Origin: Candidatus Babeliales bacterium | Lineage (GTDB): Bacteria > Babelota > Babeliae > Babelales > JANWKD01 | Assembly (NCBI GenBank): GCA_963722255.1 | Contig: CAVRJO010000001.1 | Location: 736,001-800,000, forward strand | Reading direction: 5' to 3' | Length of the DNA: 64,000 bases | Shown: positions 51,056-60,432 of the stretch, one piece after another | Layout of the letters: each line of letters starts with the position of its first letter | Numbering within the stretch: the stretch's first letter is position 1 | The notes under the pieces: generated by a model | Told to the model about the DNA's origin: nothing | Seen by the model: only the letters and a program-made list of their open reading frames with translations | The model's database searches: none | Position numbers and translations under genes: made by a program

Positions 51056-52570
51056 ATGAAAAAAATCTTAATTAGCGCCAACCCATGGCAAACAAAAATT
51101 GCCGTAACACGCGATGGGAACCTTCAAAACATCTATTTTGCTTCGCATGCAAAACAGTCGCTTGAGCGTTCATTTTTTAAAGGCTCCATCATAAAGGTAT
51201 TACCTGGCATTCAAACTGCTTTCGTTGATATTGGTCAAGAAAAGGCTGGATTTTTGCATATTTCCGAAATTGATCGGGAACTTGCACTTGATCGTATGAG
51301 CTCAACGGTGGAAATCGAAGAAAGCGGCTCATCAGCAAAAGACTCACCTGCCTCTTATGTTCCCCATCAACCTCCTGATATTAGTAAAATCTTAAAAGAG
51401 GGCGAATCAATTCTTGTCCAGGTCAGCAAAGAACCCGTTTACGAAAAGGGCGCAAAGCTTACAACCTGTTTTACCCTTCCTGGCCGTTTTATTGTTTTAA
51501 TGCCTAATATTCCTCGAATCGCTATTTCAAAGAAAATTGAAAATAGAGAAGAACGTATCAGGCTCAAAGAGATCGTTTCAAAGAATCTTCCTGAAGGAAT
51601 GGGTGCAATTATTAGAACCACTTCTGAAGATCGTCAAGAAAAGGAGATCGCACAGGATATTCAGTTTTTAGTAACAACATGGGATCTTATCATAAAACGC
51701 TACAACGAAGCAGAAGTCCAAGAAAAAATTTATGAAGATTTGCCACTTTCCTTACAAATTGTTCGCGACCATTTAGATAATGATGTTGAGTCGGTTATTA
51801 GCGATAACCAACAAAACCAACAAGATATTTATAAATTTGTAAAAAAGATTGCGCCTGAGTATTCCCATAAAATTCATTATTATACCGGCCAGCAAGATCT
51901 TTTTGAAAAATACGATATTGAAAGCCAAGTGCAACAAGCGCTTTCAGAAAAGGTACACCTCAAATCGGGCGGTTCAATAATTATTGAAACAACCCAAGCA
52001 ATGACCGTTATTGACGTTAACACGGGAAGATATACGGGTAAATCTGACCTTGAAGAGACCATTTTAAAAACAAATCTCGAGGCTGCTGAAGAAGTAACGA
52101 GACAACTGCGCTTACGTAACATCGGTGGACTTATTGTTATCGACTTTATCGATATGGCCTCACCGGCAAACCGTCAAAAGCTTTTTAAATTCTTTGAACG
52201 CATGCTCAAAGAGCGGGATAAGTTCCAATCGGTTGTTTTAAAAATTACTGAATTTGGCCTTGTACAAATGACTCGTAAACGTTCAGGCAAGACGCTCTTA
52301 CAAGAGTTGACGCAAGCATGCCCAACCTGCAAAGGACTCGGGTATATAAAAACAACGCAAACTATTGCGTATACGCTTCTGCCTAAAATCAAACAAGAAT
52401 TACATCATTATAAGAATAAAAATATTACCATTGCCTGCAATATGCACGTTTTTGATTATATTGCGCATACCGAATACAATACGATTTTACAATTTGAACG
52501 TGATTTTAAATGTAAAATTATTTTAGAAGGTAAAGATGATCTTCCGCTTACTGAATATGTAATTAGCTAA
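51056..52570 (+). CDS. Rne/Rng family ribonuclease
   Basis: AFVDIGQEKAGFLH, VQVSKEP, IDVNTG, LRLRNIGGLIVIDFIDM, CPTC. Confidence 0.95.
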   Translation: MKKILISANPWQTKIAVTRDGNLQNIYFASHAKQSLERSFFKGSIIKVLPGIQTAFVDIGQEKAGFLHISEIDRELALDRMSSTVEIEESGSSAKDSPASYVPHQPPDISKILKEGESILVQVSKEPVYEKGAKLTTCFTLPGRFIVLMPNIPRIAISKKIENREERIRLKEIVSKNLPEGMGAIIRTTSEDRQEKEIAQDIQFLVTTWDLIIKRYNEAEVQEKIYEDLPLSLQIVRDHLDNDVESVISDNQQNQQDIYKFVKKIAPEYSHKIHYYTGQQDLFEKYDIESQVQQALSEKVHLKSGGSIIIETTQAMTVIDVNTGRYTGKSDLEETILKTNLEAAEEVTRQLRLRNIGGLIVIDFIDMASPANRQKLFKFFERMLKERDKFQSVVLKITEFGLVQMTRKRSGKTLLQELTQACPTCKGLGYIKTTQTIAYTLLPKIKQELHHYKNKNITIACNMHVFDYIAHTEYNTILQFERDFKCKIILEGKDDLPLTEYVIS

Positions 52571-52606
52571 AAAAAGAGGAGTCCCAAAGGACTCCCTTTA
52601 TTTTTT
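52569..52606. terminator. Probable bidirectional terminator
   Basis: A tract, GGAGTCC/GGACTCC hairpin, T tract. Confidence 0.6.
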
Positions 52607-52625
52607 AATCAATGGTTCTAAAGTG

Positions 52626-53237
52626 TTAGCTTCCTTTTGCAGCAAAAGGTATCTTTGAAGCAGCTAACGTTACGAGTGGCATTAAGCGTGCATTAAAAAG
52701 AGATGCTACTTCATTGCGGAAGAAGTATGATGCTATACTGGCAGCACTAAGTCCTAATCCGATAGCACCGAAAATTCTTTTGTAATCGTAGATAGTATAA
52801 TGATATCCTCTAATATCTTTATAAGAAAGATCACTATCATTAAGATAAATGTTTTTCCATACAGTATTACCTTCTGTTCTCCAAATAAGCTTAGTGAAAA
52901 AGCCGTTTCTTCTCACGGACAAATCATCATAATAGTATGTACCTTGTCTCTTCGCCTTGTTCAATAGCATTATTTTTTCTGAAATTCTATCACAACAATC
53001 CTTTCTTGTTGAATTAGATGGATTTTCAGCCAAAACTTTATTTACTTGCTCTTGAGAAGATATCCATGGTTTAACAGACATAGCTATACAATCTTGTGTA
53101 TATTGTTTGAATAATTCTTTAGAATCATGATAGCTATATCCTTCTTTAGTTAGCTTTTTCATTGCAAATGATTGCTGCACTGTAGTTCCCACGAGAATTA
53201 TAGTTGCAGCAATATATAATTTTAATACTATTTTCAT
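52626..53237 (-). CDS. Secreted protein with C-terminal membrane segment (paralog of 54404..54949)
   Basis: Near-identical signal peptide and C-terminus YDYKRIFGAIGLGLSAASIASYFFRNEVASLFNARLMPL. Confidence 0.75.
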   Translation of the reverse strand: MKIVLKLYIAATIILVGTTVQQSFAMKKLTKEGYSYHDSKELFKQYTQDCIAMSVKPWISSQEQVNKVLAENPSNSTRKDCCDRISEKIMLLNKAKRQGTYYYDDLSVRRNGFFTKLIWRTEGNTVWKNIYLNDSDLSYKDIRGYHYTIYDYKRIFGAIGLGLSAASIASYFFRNEVASLFNARLMPLVTLAASKIPFAAKGS

Positions 53238-53242
53238 AAATA

Positions 53243-54381
53243 CAGGACTTCCGCAGAGTATTTAAAGATTTGATCTAGACGTATTTTTAAAAAATAATAG
53301 ACTCTCCCAAAAAGCCTAATTCAAGGGAGAGCCTAAAATGATCATCGTTAATACTATAGCAACTTATCCATTTCTTACAATTCTTACAAATATTGGCAAA
53401 CGAAGTTTTGAGAATATGGGTAGGGTAATCAAAAAAAGCGGAGATACCATTAGCCGAATGTTACGGCCAGGTCATGAAAGCCTTGAACAATCAAAAAAAA
53501 TTGCACAACAAATTTTCGCTGATAAAAAAGAATTATTAGCAGTTATAGATGAAACGGCTATCAAAAAAATTCATTCTCAAATGATGGAAGGTACGGGATG
53601 GCTTTTTGATACTAAGATAGGCAGGTCGATTAATGCATACAAATTGATTATTGGTGCTATTTCTGATCGTAAGTTTGTTGTGCCTATAAATGCTGCTTTT
53701 ACTTTTGGTAAGGAATTTTATACAAATCCAAGCGAAGCTTTAAGAATTACTGTACAACATTTCATTAATACCGCTCAAAAACTTTTCCCTAATACACGAA
53801 TTATTGCTGTTTTAGATGGTGCATATGCTACTGTAAAGTATCTACAATGGGCTATTGAAAATAACATTGAAACTGAAGTGCGCATGCATAGTAATCGTGT
53901 TGTTGAGTACAAAGGAAAAAAGAAAAAGCTGCGTGAAATTAAAGAAATACGTCCAAAAGGCCGCCAAATGGCTCGAACTGTACAAGTTATTTGGCGCGGC
54001 CTTTCTTTATATATTACCGCTGTAAGGCGCATTGATAAGCATGGCAATGAAACAATTGTTTACCAAGCAGCAACCTATAAAGCTACTCCAAAACAACATG
54101 CTATGAATTATAAAAAGCGATGGGGCATAGAGAAATTAAATAGAACTACTAAGCAAAGTTTAGGTTTACAGGAATGTTTTTCTCGAAAAATAGTTACACA
54201 ATATGACCATATTTGTGCCGTGCTTTTAGCATATTCTCTCGTTCAATTGGAAATGAAAAAAAATGGTTATAAAAACGCAGAAACCGCTATCAGAGCTCTT
54301 AAGAAAAAAAATCCTGCTTTTTTAAATCGATGCATTACGGCTCTAGATCAAAACAATGCTAGTGTTTATGCGTAATTCCTG
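53243..54381 (+). mobile_element. IS701-like/IS4-superfamily insertion sequence
   Basis: TIR CAGGACTTCCGCA / TGCGTAATTCCTG; TAAATA repeated on both flanks (TSD 4-6 bp depending on where the ends are drawn). Confidence 0.8.
53338..54375 (+). CDS. DDE transposase
   Basis: VIDET, VLDGAY, YKKRWGIEKLNRTTKQSLGL. Confidence 0.88.
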   Translation: MIIVNTIATYPFLTILTNIGKRSFENMGRVIKKSGDTISRMLRPGHESLEQSKKIAQQIFADKKELLAVIDETAIKKIHSQMMEGTGWLFDTKIGRSINAYKLIIGAISDRKFVVPINAAFTFGKEFYTNPSEALRITVQHFINTAQKLFPNTRIIAVLDGAYATVKYLQWAIENNIETEVRMHSNRVVEYKGKKKKLREIKEIRPKGRQMARTVQVIWRGLSLYITAVRRIDKHGNETIVYQAATYKATPKQHAMNYKKRWGIEKLNRTTKQSLGLQECFSRKIVTQYDHICAVLLAYSLVQLEMKKNGYKNAETAIRALKKKNPAFLNRCITALDQNNASVYA

Positions 54382-54403
54382 TAAATACCTCATATTTTTA
54401 GTG

Positions 54404-54949
54404 TTAGCTTCTTTGAGCTAAAAATGGAACTTTCGAAATAGCTGAAGTTAGCAACGGCATTAAGCGTGCATTAAAAAGCGATGCTACTTCATTGCGGAAG
54501 AAATATGACGCTATACCGGCGGCACTAAGTCCTAATCCGATGGCACCATAGATTCGTTTGTAATCATAGGTATCAATATACATTGTATTAAAACAATGCG
54601 AAACGTTGTGCTCTTCTATACCTACTTGCTGCGTAAACCAACCAGTTCGAACACATGAAATACGCTTTGTTTTGTATACTTTAAATTCTTGTGCCCTTGT
54701 TCTCTTTCCTGAAACATAATCTAAATACTTTTTAGCTCCAGTTAAAAGCTCAAGCGCTGTAGCATCATTTTCGAACTTAGCTTTTTTTGCTTCAAATGCT
54801 TTCAAGATCTCTTGATCTGTTGCTCCTTGTCTTGCACCAAGTTGTTTACATGCAAGTGGATATGTCCACATATTCATTGCAAATGATTGTTGTACCATTC
54901 CAACAAGAATGATAGTTGCAGCAATATATAATTTTGTACTTATTTTCAT
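54404..54949 (-). CDS. Secreted J-like-domain protein (no HPD) with C-terminal membrane segment
   Basis: ACKQLGARQGATDQEILKAF. Confidence 0.7.
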   Translation of the reverse strand: MKISTKLYIAATIILVGMVQQSFAMNMWTYPLACKQLGARQGATDQEILKAFEAKKAKFENDATALELLTGAKKYLDYVSGKRTRAQEFKVYKTKRISCVRTGWFTQQVGIEEHNVSHCFNTMYIDTYDYKRIYGAIGLGLSAAGIASYFFRNEVASLFNARLMPLLTSAISKVPFLAQRS

Positions 54950-54987
54950 AAATTTTCCTTTTGTTTAAAAAATTAATTTTTTCGTTT

Positions 54988-55680
54988 CTAAGCTGCAACA
55001 GCAGCTTTTCTATAGTTATACCATACTACCGCTAATCCTAGCCCAATCGTGGCAACAATACCGATTCCTAAAGCCCATTTAAAACGTTGATTTCGAGGTG
55101 CCTCATGCGTCTCTCCATCTTCACGTTCTTGAATCTGTGAGAGTGCTTCCACAAGGTCTAGATCTTCCATTGAAGTAACAACTTTCTTGGCTGTCTCAAA
55201 TTCTTTCTCTCTATTATCTTGCTTTTTAATATGATTGGCAGCTTTAATACGATTTTTACGGCGCGCATTTCTTCGCTCAAGTCGCCTCGCACATCTTTCT
55301 TCAAAAAGCTTTTTTGCTGTGTATAAACTTTCACACTCTTCAGACATCAACAAAAGCTTTGAAAATTCCATTTTATTATCGTATGTTTTCAATGTATAAC
55401 ACAAATTCAATTGATCTTTATCGCCATTAGGCAAATATATCCAATATTTACCATCGATCCTAAAACCATTTTCTTTGATAAATTCATCATCAAAACTGAA
55501 TTCATTTTCATTGTCAAAGCACTGACCTTTTGAACTAGGGACTAAACCATTGGCAATACCATCTTCATCAATTTCTACTTCAGGAGTAGGTTGTTCCATG
55601 CTTATTACTTGGCCCATGCCAAACAAAAACATAAGGCCTAAAAAGATAATTGTTTTATTCATTTTCATATATAACCCCAT
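54988..55680 (-). CDS. Secreted protein with C-terminal membrane anchor
   Basis: Signal peptide VIS|ME; FKWALGIGIVATIGLGLAVVWYNYRK. Confidence 0.75.
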   Translation of the reverse strand: MGLYMKMNKTIIFLGLMFLFGMGQVISMEQPTPEVEIDEDGIANGLVPSSKGQCFDNENEFSFDDEFIKENGFRIDGKYWIYLPNGDKDQLNLCYTLKTYDNKMEFSKLLLMSEECESLYTAKKLFEERCARRLERRNARRKNRIKAANHIKKQDNREKEFETAKKVVTSMEDLDLVEALSQIQEREDGETHEAPRNQRFKWALGIGIVATIGLGLAVVWYNYRKAAVAA

Positions 55681-55707
55681 TTTTTTCTTTTAATTATTTT
55701 AGGGAGC

Positions 55708-56361
55708 TTAAACTGTAATAAAAAGTTTAAATTTCTTGCCAGTCAACAAATAATAAGCATTATTTATTTCAATTAATTGCCCAGGAGTTCTTGCTAAATC
55801 ATAATCCCATATACGCTGTGCCGTCTCTTCAATCTCTTGCACTGTTGCATCTGGACCAACGCCCAATATTCTACGTGCTTCTTTATCAGTCATTATCGTT
55901 TTGAGCTTTGGAACTTCGAATCTAAATTTTTTACCAGTCAATAGCTCAAATGCATTATTAATTTTTTTTATCTGCTTTTTAACAGCAATTTCAATCTCTT
56001 GCTCAGTTGCTCCATATCGAACTCCTAGTACTTTAAAAGCTTGTTCAGTTCCAGTAGTCTCGAGCTCTAAATCAAACGTTATACCTGCTGCATCATTAAT
56101 TCCAAAAAGCTTAAATTTCTCGCCCGTTAAGGCCTCATATGCCTTGACCACTCTGTTCCAAAAGCCAGGCAGCCTGATTACTTTTTGTGAGCGCAAAAGG
56201 TTAATTCTTGCTTCAATCTCTTCTTGTGTTGCATTTTCATTAACCTCTAAAAATTCACACGCATATGCTTTAGACATAATAACTTTTGCTGAAACAGTAG
56301 TGCCCATAACCATAAAAGTTAAAACCATAAGAACAACTATTTTATTTATTTTCATTTTCAT
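55708..56361 (-). CDS. Secreted protein with three tandem J-like repeats (no HPD)
   Basis: LEV/LGV-x3-AT-x-xEIE ... AY/AF-xxLTGxKF, three times. Confidence 0.7.
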   Translation of the reverse strand: MKMKINKIVVLMVLTFMVMGTTVSAKVIMSKAYACEFLEVNENATQEEIEARINLLRSQKVIRLPGFWNRVVKAYEALTGEKFKLFGINDAAGITFDLELETTGTEQAFKVLGVRYGATEQEIEIAVKKQIKKINNAFELLTGKKFRFEVPKLKTIMTDKEARRILGVGPDATVQEIEETAQRIWDYDLARTPGQLIEINNAYYLLTGKKFKLFITV

Positions 56362-56391
56362 AAAAACTCCATTAAGTTTGAAGCATAAAAA

Positions 56392-57132
56392 TTATGCTTT
56401 TTTTGTATACAAATTTTTTACAAAGTTAGATATTTTAACCAATCCGGGAACCACAAAAGAATCTTTCAATGCAATAACTTTAGCCGGGTGGTAAATCCAC
56501 ATACATGTTCCAAAACCTATACCTACAAAACCAAGACCAACTGACCATTTAAAAATAGTATTTTTTAACTGAACTCTCTTCTTTTCATTATAAATTTTTC
56601 TTACATTTTCCTCATCAGCTTTTGGAACTTTAACAAAACCATCTGTAGTTTTTATCGTAACTAATTCTTCTTCACCGTTTTGGTCAGTTCCAAAAAAATT
56701 GTCAAATAATTTCTGGGTAGATGCGCCAGCAAAAAATTGATGCATAGGGCTATCTTGAGGAAACATTTCTTGAATTTGTTTATTTAAGTTTTGATCATTC
56801 TTAAAGATTTCACAAAAAAATTGATTTGCAGCTTCTAGGCTTGGCTGATATGCCTTTTCTTTGCCAGTTATAATCGCATAGGCGCGTACGACTCTTTTAA
56901 AATTTTCCTCAGCATCGTTATCAGGATTTTTATCTGGGTGATATAGTAAAGCTAATTTTTTGAATGCAGCCTTAATTTCATCAGCATTAGCACCTTCATC
57001 AACACCAAGCAACGCATATGCTTCACTTCTGGCCATTTCTTCTAAAGGCTTTGTAAATTCCATACCTCTTGAATGACCAATACCACCTAAAAGCATAAGG
57101 CCTACAAGGGCAACTATTCTATTAATTTTCAT
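56392..57132 (-). CDS. Secreted J-domain protein with C-terminal membrane segment
   Basis: YALLGVDEGANADEIKAAFKKLALLYHPDKN; signal peptide SRG|ME. Confidence 0.88.
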   Translation of the reverse strand: MKINRIVALVGLMLLGGIGHSRGMEFTKPLEEMARSEAYALLGVDEGANADEIKAAFKKLALLYHPDKNPDNDAEENFKRVVRAYAIITGKEKAYQPSLEAANQFFCEIFKNDQNLNKQIQEMFPQDSPMHQFFAGASTQKLFDNFFGTDQNGEEELVTIKTTDGFVKVPKADEENVRKIYNEKKRVQLKNTIFKWSVGLGFVGIGFGTCMWIYHPAKVIALKDSFVVPGLVKISNFVKNLYTKKA

Positions 57133-57270
57133 AAAAACTCCATTATTTACAGGGTAAAATTACTAATTACTATGATTATAGTTTATCGTATAGGGTAAAA
57201 ATGTCAACAAATTATTCTATTTGAATATTTTTATTTAGAATTATGCTATGAAAACAGTAAAAAATCAAAA

Positions 57271-57336
57271 AAAAGACGCCCTTTTTTGGCGTCTTTAGTA
57301 AAAAAGGGGGAGAAGCTTTTGGCCTATTCCCCCTTT
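57271..57336 (-). terminator. Two tandem hairpins (probable terminators)
   Basis: AAAGACGCC/GGCGTCTTT and AAAGGGGG/CCCCCTTT stems with A tracts. Confidence 0.6.
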
Positions 57337-57363
57337 ACCTATAATGCAAATTTTTAGATCTGA

Positions 57364-57741
57364 TTATTTTCCGCTAATGTTCGCACTTGTCACTGAAGGC
57401 TCAATAACATTAGAACTCAAAGCTGAACCATTTGTTTTAGTAACAGCAGCAGATTCTGCACCTACTGATGGCTCTATAACCGCTGGATTTTCAGCAACTA
57501 CCGGTGCTTTTTCAACAACGGGCGCTTCTGTTATAACTTCTTCCTCGGTATATACTCTTTCAGGATATGTTCTTGCAGTTCCTGTTACATCACGAACGAC
57601 ATTAGTCGCTCCTTGAACAGCACTAGTTGCAACGTCTACAGCACCGCCTACAATATCACGCGCTGCATCAAATAAGGCATATGCTTGAGTTGATAACAAG
57701 AAAATTGCGATATATATACTAGTTTTTAAATTTATCTTCAT
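57364..57741 (-). CDS. Secreted low-complexity protein
   Basis: AGGAGG RBS before ATG 57741; signal peptide AYA; APVV/PSV repeats. Confidence 0.7.
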   Translation of the reverse strand: MKINLKTSIYIAIFLLSTQAYALFDAARDIVGGAVDVATSAVQGATNVVRDVTGTARTYPERVYTEEEVITEAPVVEKAPVVAENPAVIEPSVGAESAAVTKTNGSALSSNVIEPSVTSANISGK

Positions 57742-57842
57742 AAAAAAGCCTCCTTTTAATGGTTTTTTTAATATTATTACTAATTGTAACAAAATATAGG
57801 CCTTGAATGCAATAAATCTATTAAAACCTAGCTTTTTCGTGA

Positions 57843-57885
57843 TTTTTTGTATAATCTGCAATTGAATTGCAGATTATACAAAAAA
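57843..57885. promoter_or_regulatory. Perfect 21-bp-arm palindrome upstream of the ATPase gene
   Basis: TTTTTTGTATAATCTGCAATT-G-AATTGCAGATTATACAAAAAA. Confidence 0.7.
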
Positions 57886-57894
57886 GGTAAAAAA

Positions 57895-59073
57895 ATGATC
57901 ATACAAAGAGAAATCACTCCTCATCTTATTGAAATGGCTAATCAATTTCCAGTCGTTGCACTTATGGGGCCTCGTCAATCGGGAAAAACAACACTTGTTA
58001 AAGAAACATTTCCAGGATATGCCTATGTTACCCTAGAAGATCTTGATACTCGAAGTGGTGCTAGCGAAGATCCAAGAAAGTTCTTTGCGTCCTACGCCAA
58101 TCAAAAAGGCCTTATAATTGATGAGATTCAAGAAGTTCCCGAGCTTTTTTCCTACATGCAAGGAATCGTCGATCAATTAAATAAGCCCGGTTTTTTTATC
58201 ATAACGGGTTCGCAAAATTTTTTAATGTACGAAAAAATTACGCAAACTTTAGCAGGACGCATTGCTCTTTTGACCTTATTACCTTTGTCAATTGATGAAC
58301 TACAACAAGCGAAGAAACTTCCTGCAACGCTTGAGCAAACATTGCTTAAAGGATTTTATCCTCGGCTTTATATGCATGCAATAAATCCATCTGTTTGGTA
58401 TTCAAATTATATTGCAACATATGTAGAACGTGATGTGCGGCAAATATTAGCAATTGGCAATCTTATATCATTTCAAAAATTTTTAAAACTGTGCGCAGCA
58501 CGTATTGGAAATGTTGTTAACTTTGCAGAATTAGCACGAGATGCTGATATTAGCCCAAATACTGCAAAATCTTGGCTTTCTGTTTTAGAAACAAGTTATA
58601 TCATTAAACTGCTTCACCCTTATTATCAAAACTTTAGTAAACGAATTATTAAAAGTCCTAAATTATATTTTTATGACACAGGTCTTGCCTGCTTTCTTTT
58701 AGGTATTCAAAATTCAGACGATCTTTTTAATCATCCATTACGTGGCGCTTTATTCGAATCATTCGTTATTAGCGAACTTTTTAAATATCAATATAATCAA
58801 ATTAAAACACCCAATATTTACTTTTGGCGCGATATTCAAGGACATGAAGTTGATTGCATTATCGAAAAGAGTTATAAAGATTTGATTCCTGTTGAAATTA
58901 AAGCAGGCATGACAGTAATTCCAAGTTTTTTTAAGGGCATTCTTCAATGGCAAGAGATCCTCAACCGCAAAGACCTCAGTGGGTTTATTGTTTATGCAGG
59001 ACCTGATGATTTCCAAAGATCTCACGGAACTATCATTTCTTGGAAAAATATAAAGAAACTTATGAAAGCATAA
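57895..59073 (+). CDS. AAA+ ATPase (AAA_14) with DUF4143 domain
   Basis: GPRQSGKTT, IDEIQ, KSPKLYFYDTG, EVDC...VEIK. Confidence 0.9.
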   Translation: MIIQREITPHLIEMANQFPVVALMGPRQSGKTTLVKETFPGYAYVTLEDLDTRSGASEDPRKFFASYANQKGLIIDEIQEVPELFSYMQGIVDQLNKPGFFIITGSQNFLMYEKITQTLAGRIALLTLLPLSIDELQQAKKLPATLEQTLLKGFYPRLYMHAINPSVWYSNYIATYVERDVRQILAIGNLISFQKFLKLCAARIGNVVNFAELARDADISPNTAKSWLSVLETSYIIKLLHPYYQNFSKRIIKSPKLYFYDTGLACFLLGIQNSDDLFNHPLRGALFESFVISELFKYQYNQIKTPNIYFWRDIQGHEVDCIIEKSYKDLIPVEIKAGMTVIPSFFKGILQWQEILNRKDLSGFIVYAGPDDFQRSHGTIISWKNIKKLMKA

Positions 59074-59087
59074 ATAGCTATAAGAAC

Positions 59088-59231
59088 CGCGAAGCCTGGC
59101 GAAGCCAGACGTAGTTTGCCGAGCCGGAAGGCCCCTCCGTCGCTCAAGGAGCTATGGCGGGCTTTCGCCGGATAATGTAGGGCGAAGCCAGTCGAAGCTT
59201 GCCAAGCAGGAAGGCGTGGATAAGCGTAGAC
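59088..59231. repeat. GC-rich REP-like repeats in the 3' trailer of tmRNA-1
   Basis: GGCGAAGCCAGACGTAGTTTGCCGAGCCGGAAGGCCC also occurs at 61332-61368; 59197-59231 occurs inverted near 61118-61153. Confidence 0.75.
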
Positions 59232-59599
59232 TGGTGGAGGCGATGGGAATCGAACCCATGTCCGCATTATGTTAAGCCCAAAGCAGCTACATGTTTAGTT
59301 TTTGAATATACCTTCGTTCAACCTCAAAAACACAGATTCCGAACAAAGGTTAGTTTGGTGCTTTTTTCAGGCTACTCAACTAAAAAACCTTGCCTAAAAG
59401 TCTTATCTTGTATTATACGAGTCAGTAAAGCTGATAAGCACGCTGCACTGACAAGAACTTCTGCAATTAACTTAAAGCTAATGCAGGAGCTGCTAAACCG
59501 AAGTTTGCATTTATGTTTTGACTGCTTTTTCCAAGTTCTCAGCCGAAACTCGACATGCTCTTTGCGCTCTCTATAACGCGTCGAAGCCTGTACGCCCCC
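59232..59599 (-). ncRNA. ssrA: tmRNA copy 1 (368 nt); tag ANFGLAAPALALS* at 59508-59467
   Basis: 5' GGGGGCGTACAGGCTTCGAC; 3' GGACATGGGTTCGATTCCCATCGCCTCCACCA; G3.U acceptor pair; ATAAAT-GCA resume context. Confidence 0.93.
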
Positions 59600-59629
59600 A
59601 GAAATTTCAAAGAATATATAACTATTCTA

Positions 59630-59659
59630 ATTGTATTTTTTATTGTATAAATAAGTCAA
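59630..59659 (-). promoter_or_regulatory. Sigma70-like promoter of tmRNA-1
   Basis: TTGACT-N18-TACAAT on the minus strand. Confidence 0.6.
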
Positions 59660-59707
59660 TAATTGAATATTTTTTTAAAGAGATTTATTGTTTGATAATA
59701 AAAAAAG

Positions 59708-60280
59708 TTATTTGGAACTAGCACGTAAATTAAGTTTGTAAAAGCCCCACAAGCTCGCTACGCATATTCCTATCAAGAGACCGGCTATGGCTTTTTGAGC
59801 ATGATAATAGATGGGCAAATATTCTGTTCTATAACTTTCCCGTGCCATTTGGTATGAATCTACATTTTCATAGATACTAACTTTATATGCTTTTGCGTAA
59901 GGAATTCCAATAAATAAGAACGTATCGAGCTCCTCTTTTATCGAACCCGATTGCCCATTAAATTTTATCTCAAATTGTTTTAAAAAATTTGATACATACG
60001 ATTGAGGATGCTTATTCAATAAAATTTCAACAGCAGATTTTAATGATTCAAATTTTTGCCTAGCCTCATGAGGCGTTAATTTATTATATTGCGCACGATC
60101 TGGATGAAATCTTAAAGCTAACAGCTTAAATTGATTCTTTATATTTTCGTCAGTCAAGCTATCTTGACTAAGCTCTAATATTTCACAAGCCTCTTTCCAG
60201 GTTAATTTTGAATTCATTGCCTGCATAGAACTAATGCTGAAAACAAGTATTAATATGGCAAATAGATTTGTTTTTTTCAT
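59708..60280 (-). CDS. Secreted J-domain protein with C-terminal membrane segment
   Basis: EACEILEL...FKLLALRFHPDR; signal peptide MQA|MN. Confidence 0.85.
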   Translation of the reverse strand: MKKTNLFAILILVFSISSMQAMNSKLTWKEACEILELSQDSLTDENIKNQFKLLALRFHPDRAQYNKLTPHEARQKFESLKSAVEILLNKHPQSYVSNFLKQFEIKFNGQSGSIKEELDTFLFIGIPYAKAYKVSIYENVDSYQMARESYRTEYLPIYYHAQKAIAGLLIGICVASLWGFYKLNLRASSK

Positions 60281-60432
60281 ATATTTTTCCCTTTTTATAT
60301 ATTTCTTTTTCATAACTATAGATTATCAAATTAACCAAAAAAGTCAATATTCAATTTGTAATTAACTATAATCAATTGAGAAAATCAGAACTATTGCAGA
60401 AAAATAATTTGACTGTTCTTTTTTTTTGAAAA

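Noticed and set aside
55901..56494. 197-aa plus-strand ORF
   Set aside because: Antisense shadow of the J-like repeat gene
59022..59721. ORFs 59022..59267, 59199..59576 and 59518..59721
   Set aside because: Shadow frames over the tmRNA and its repeats
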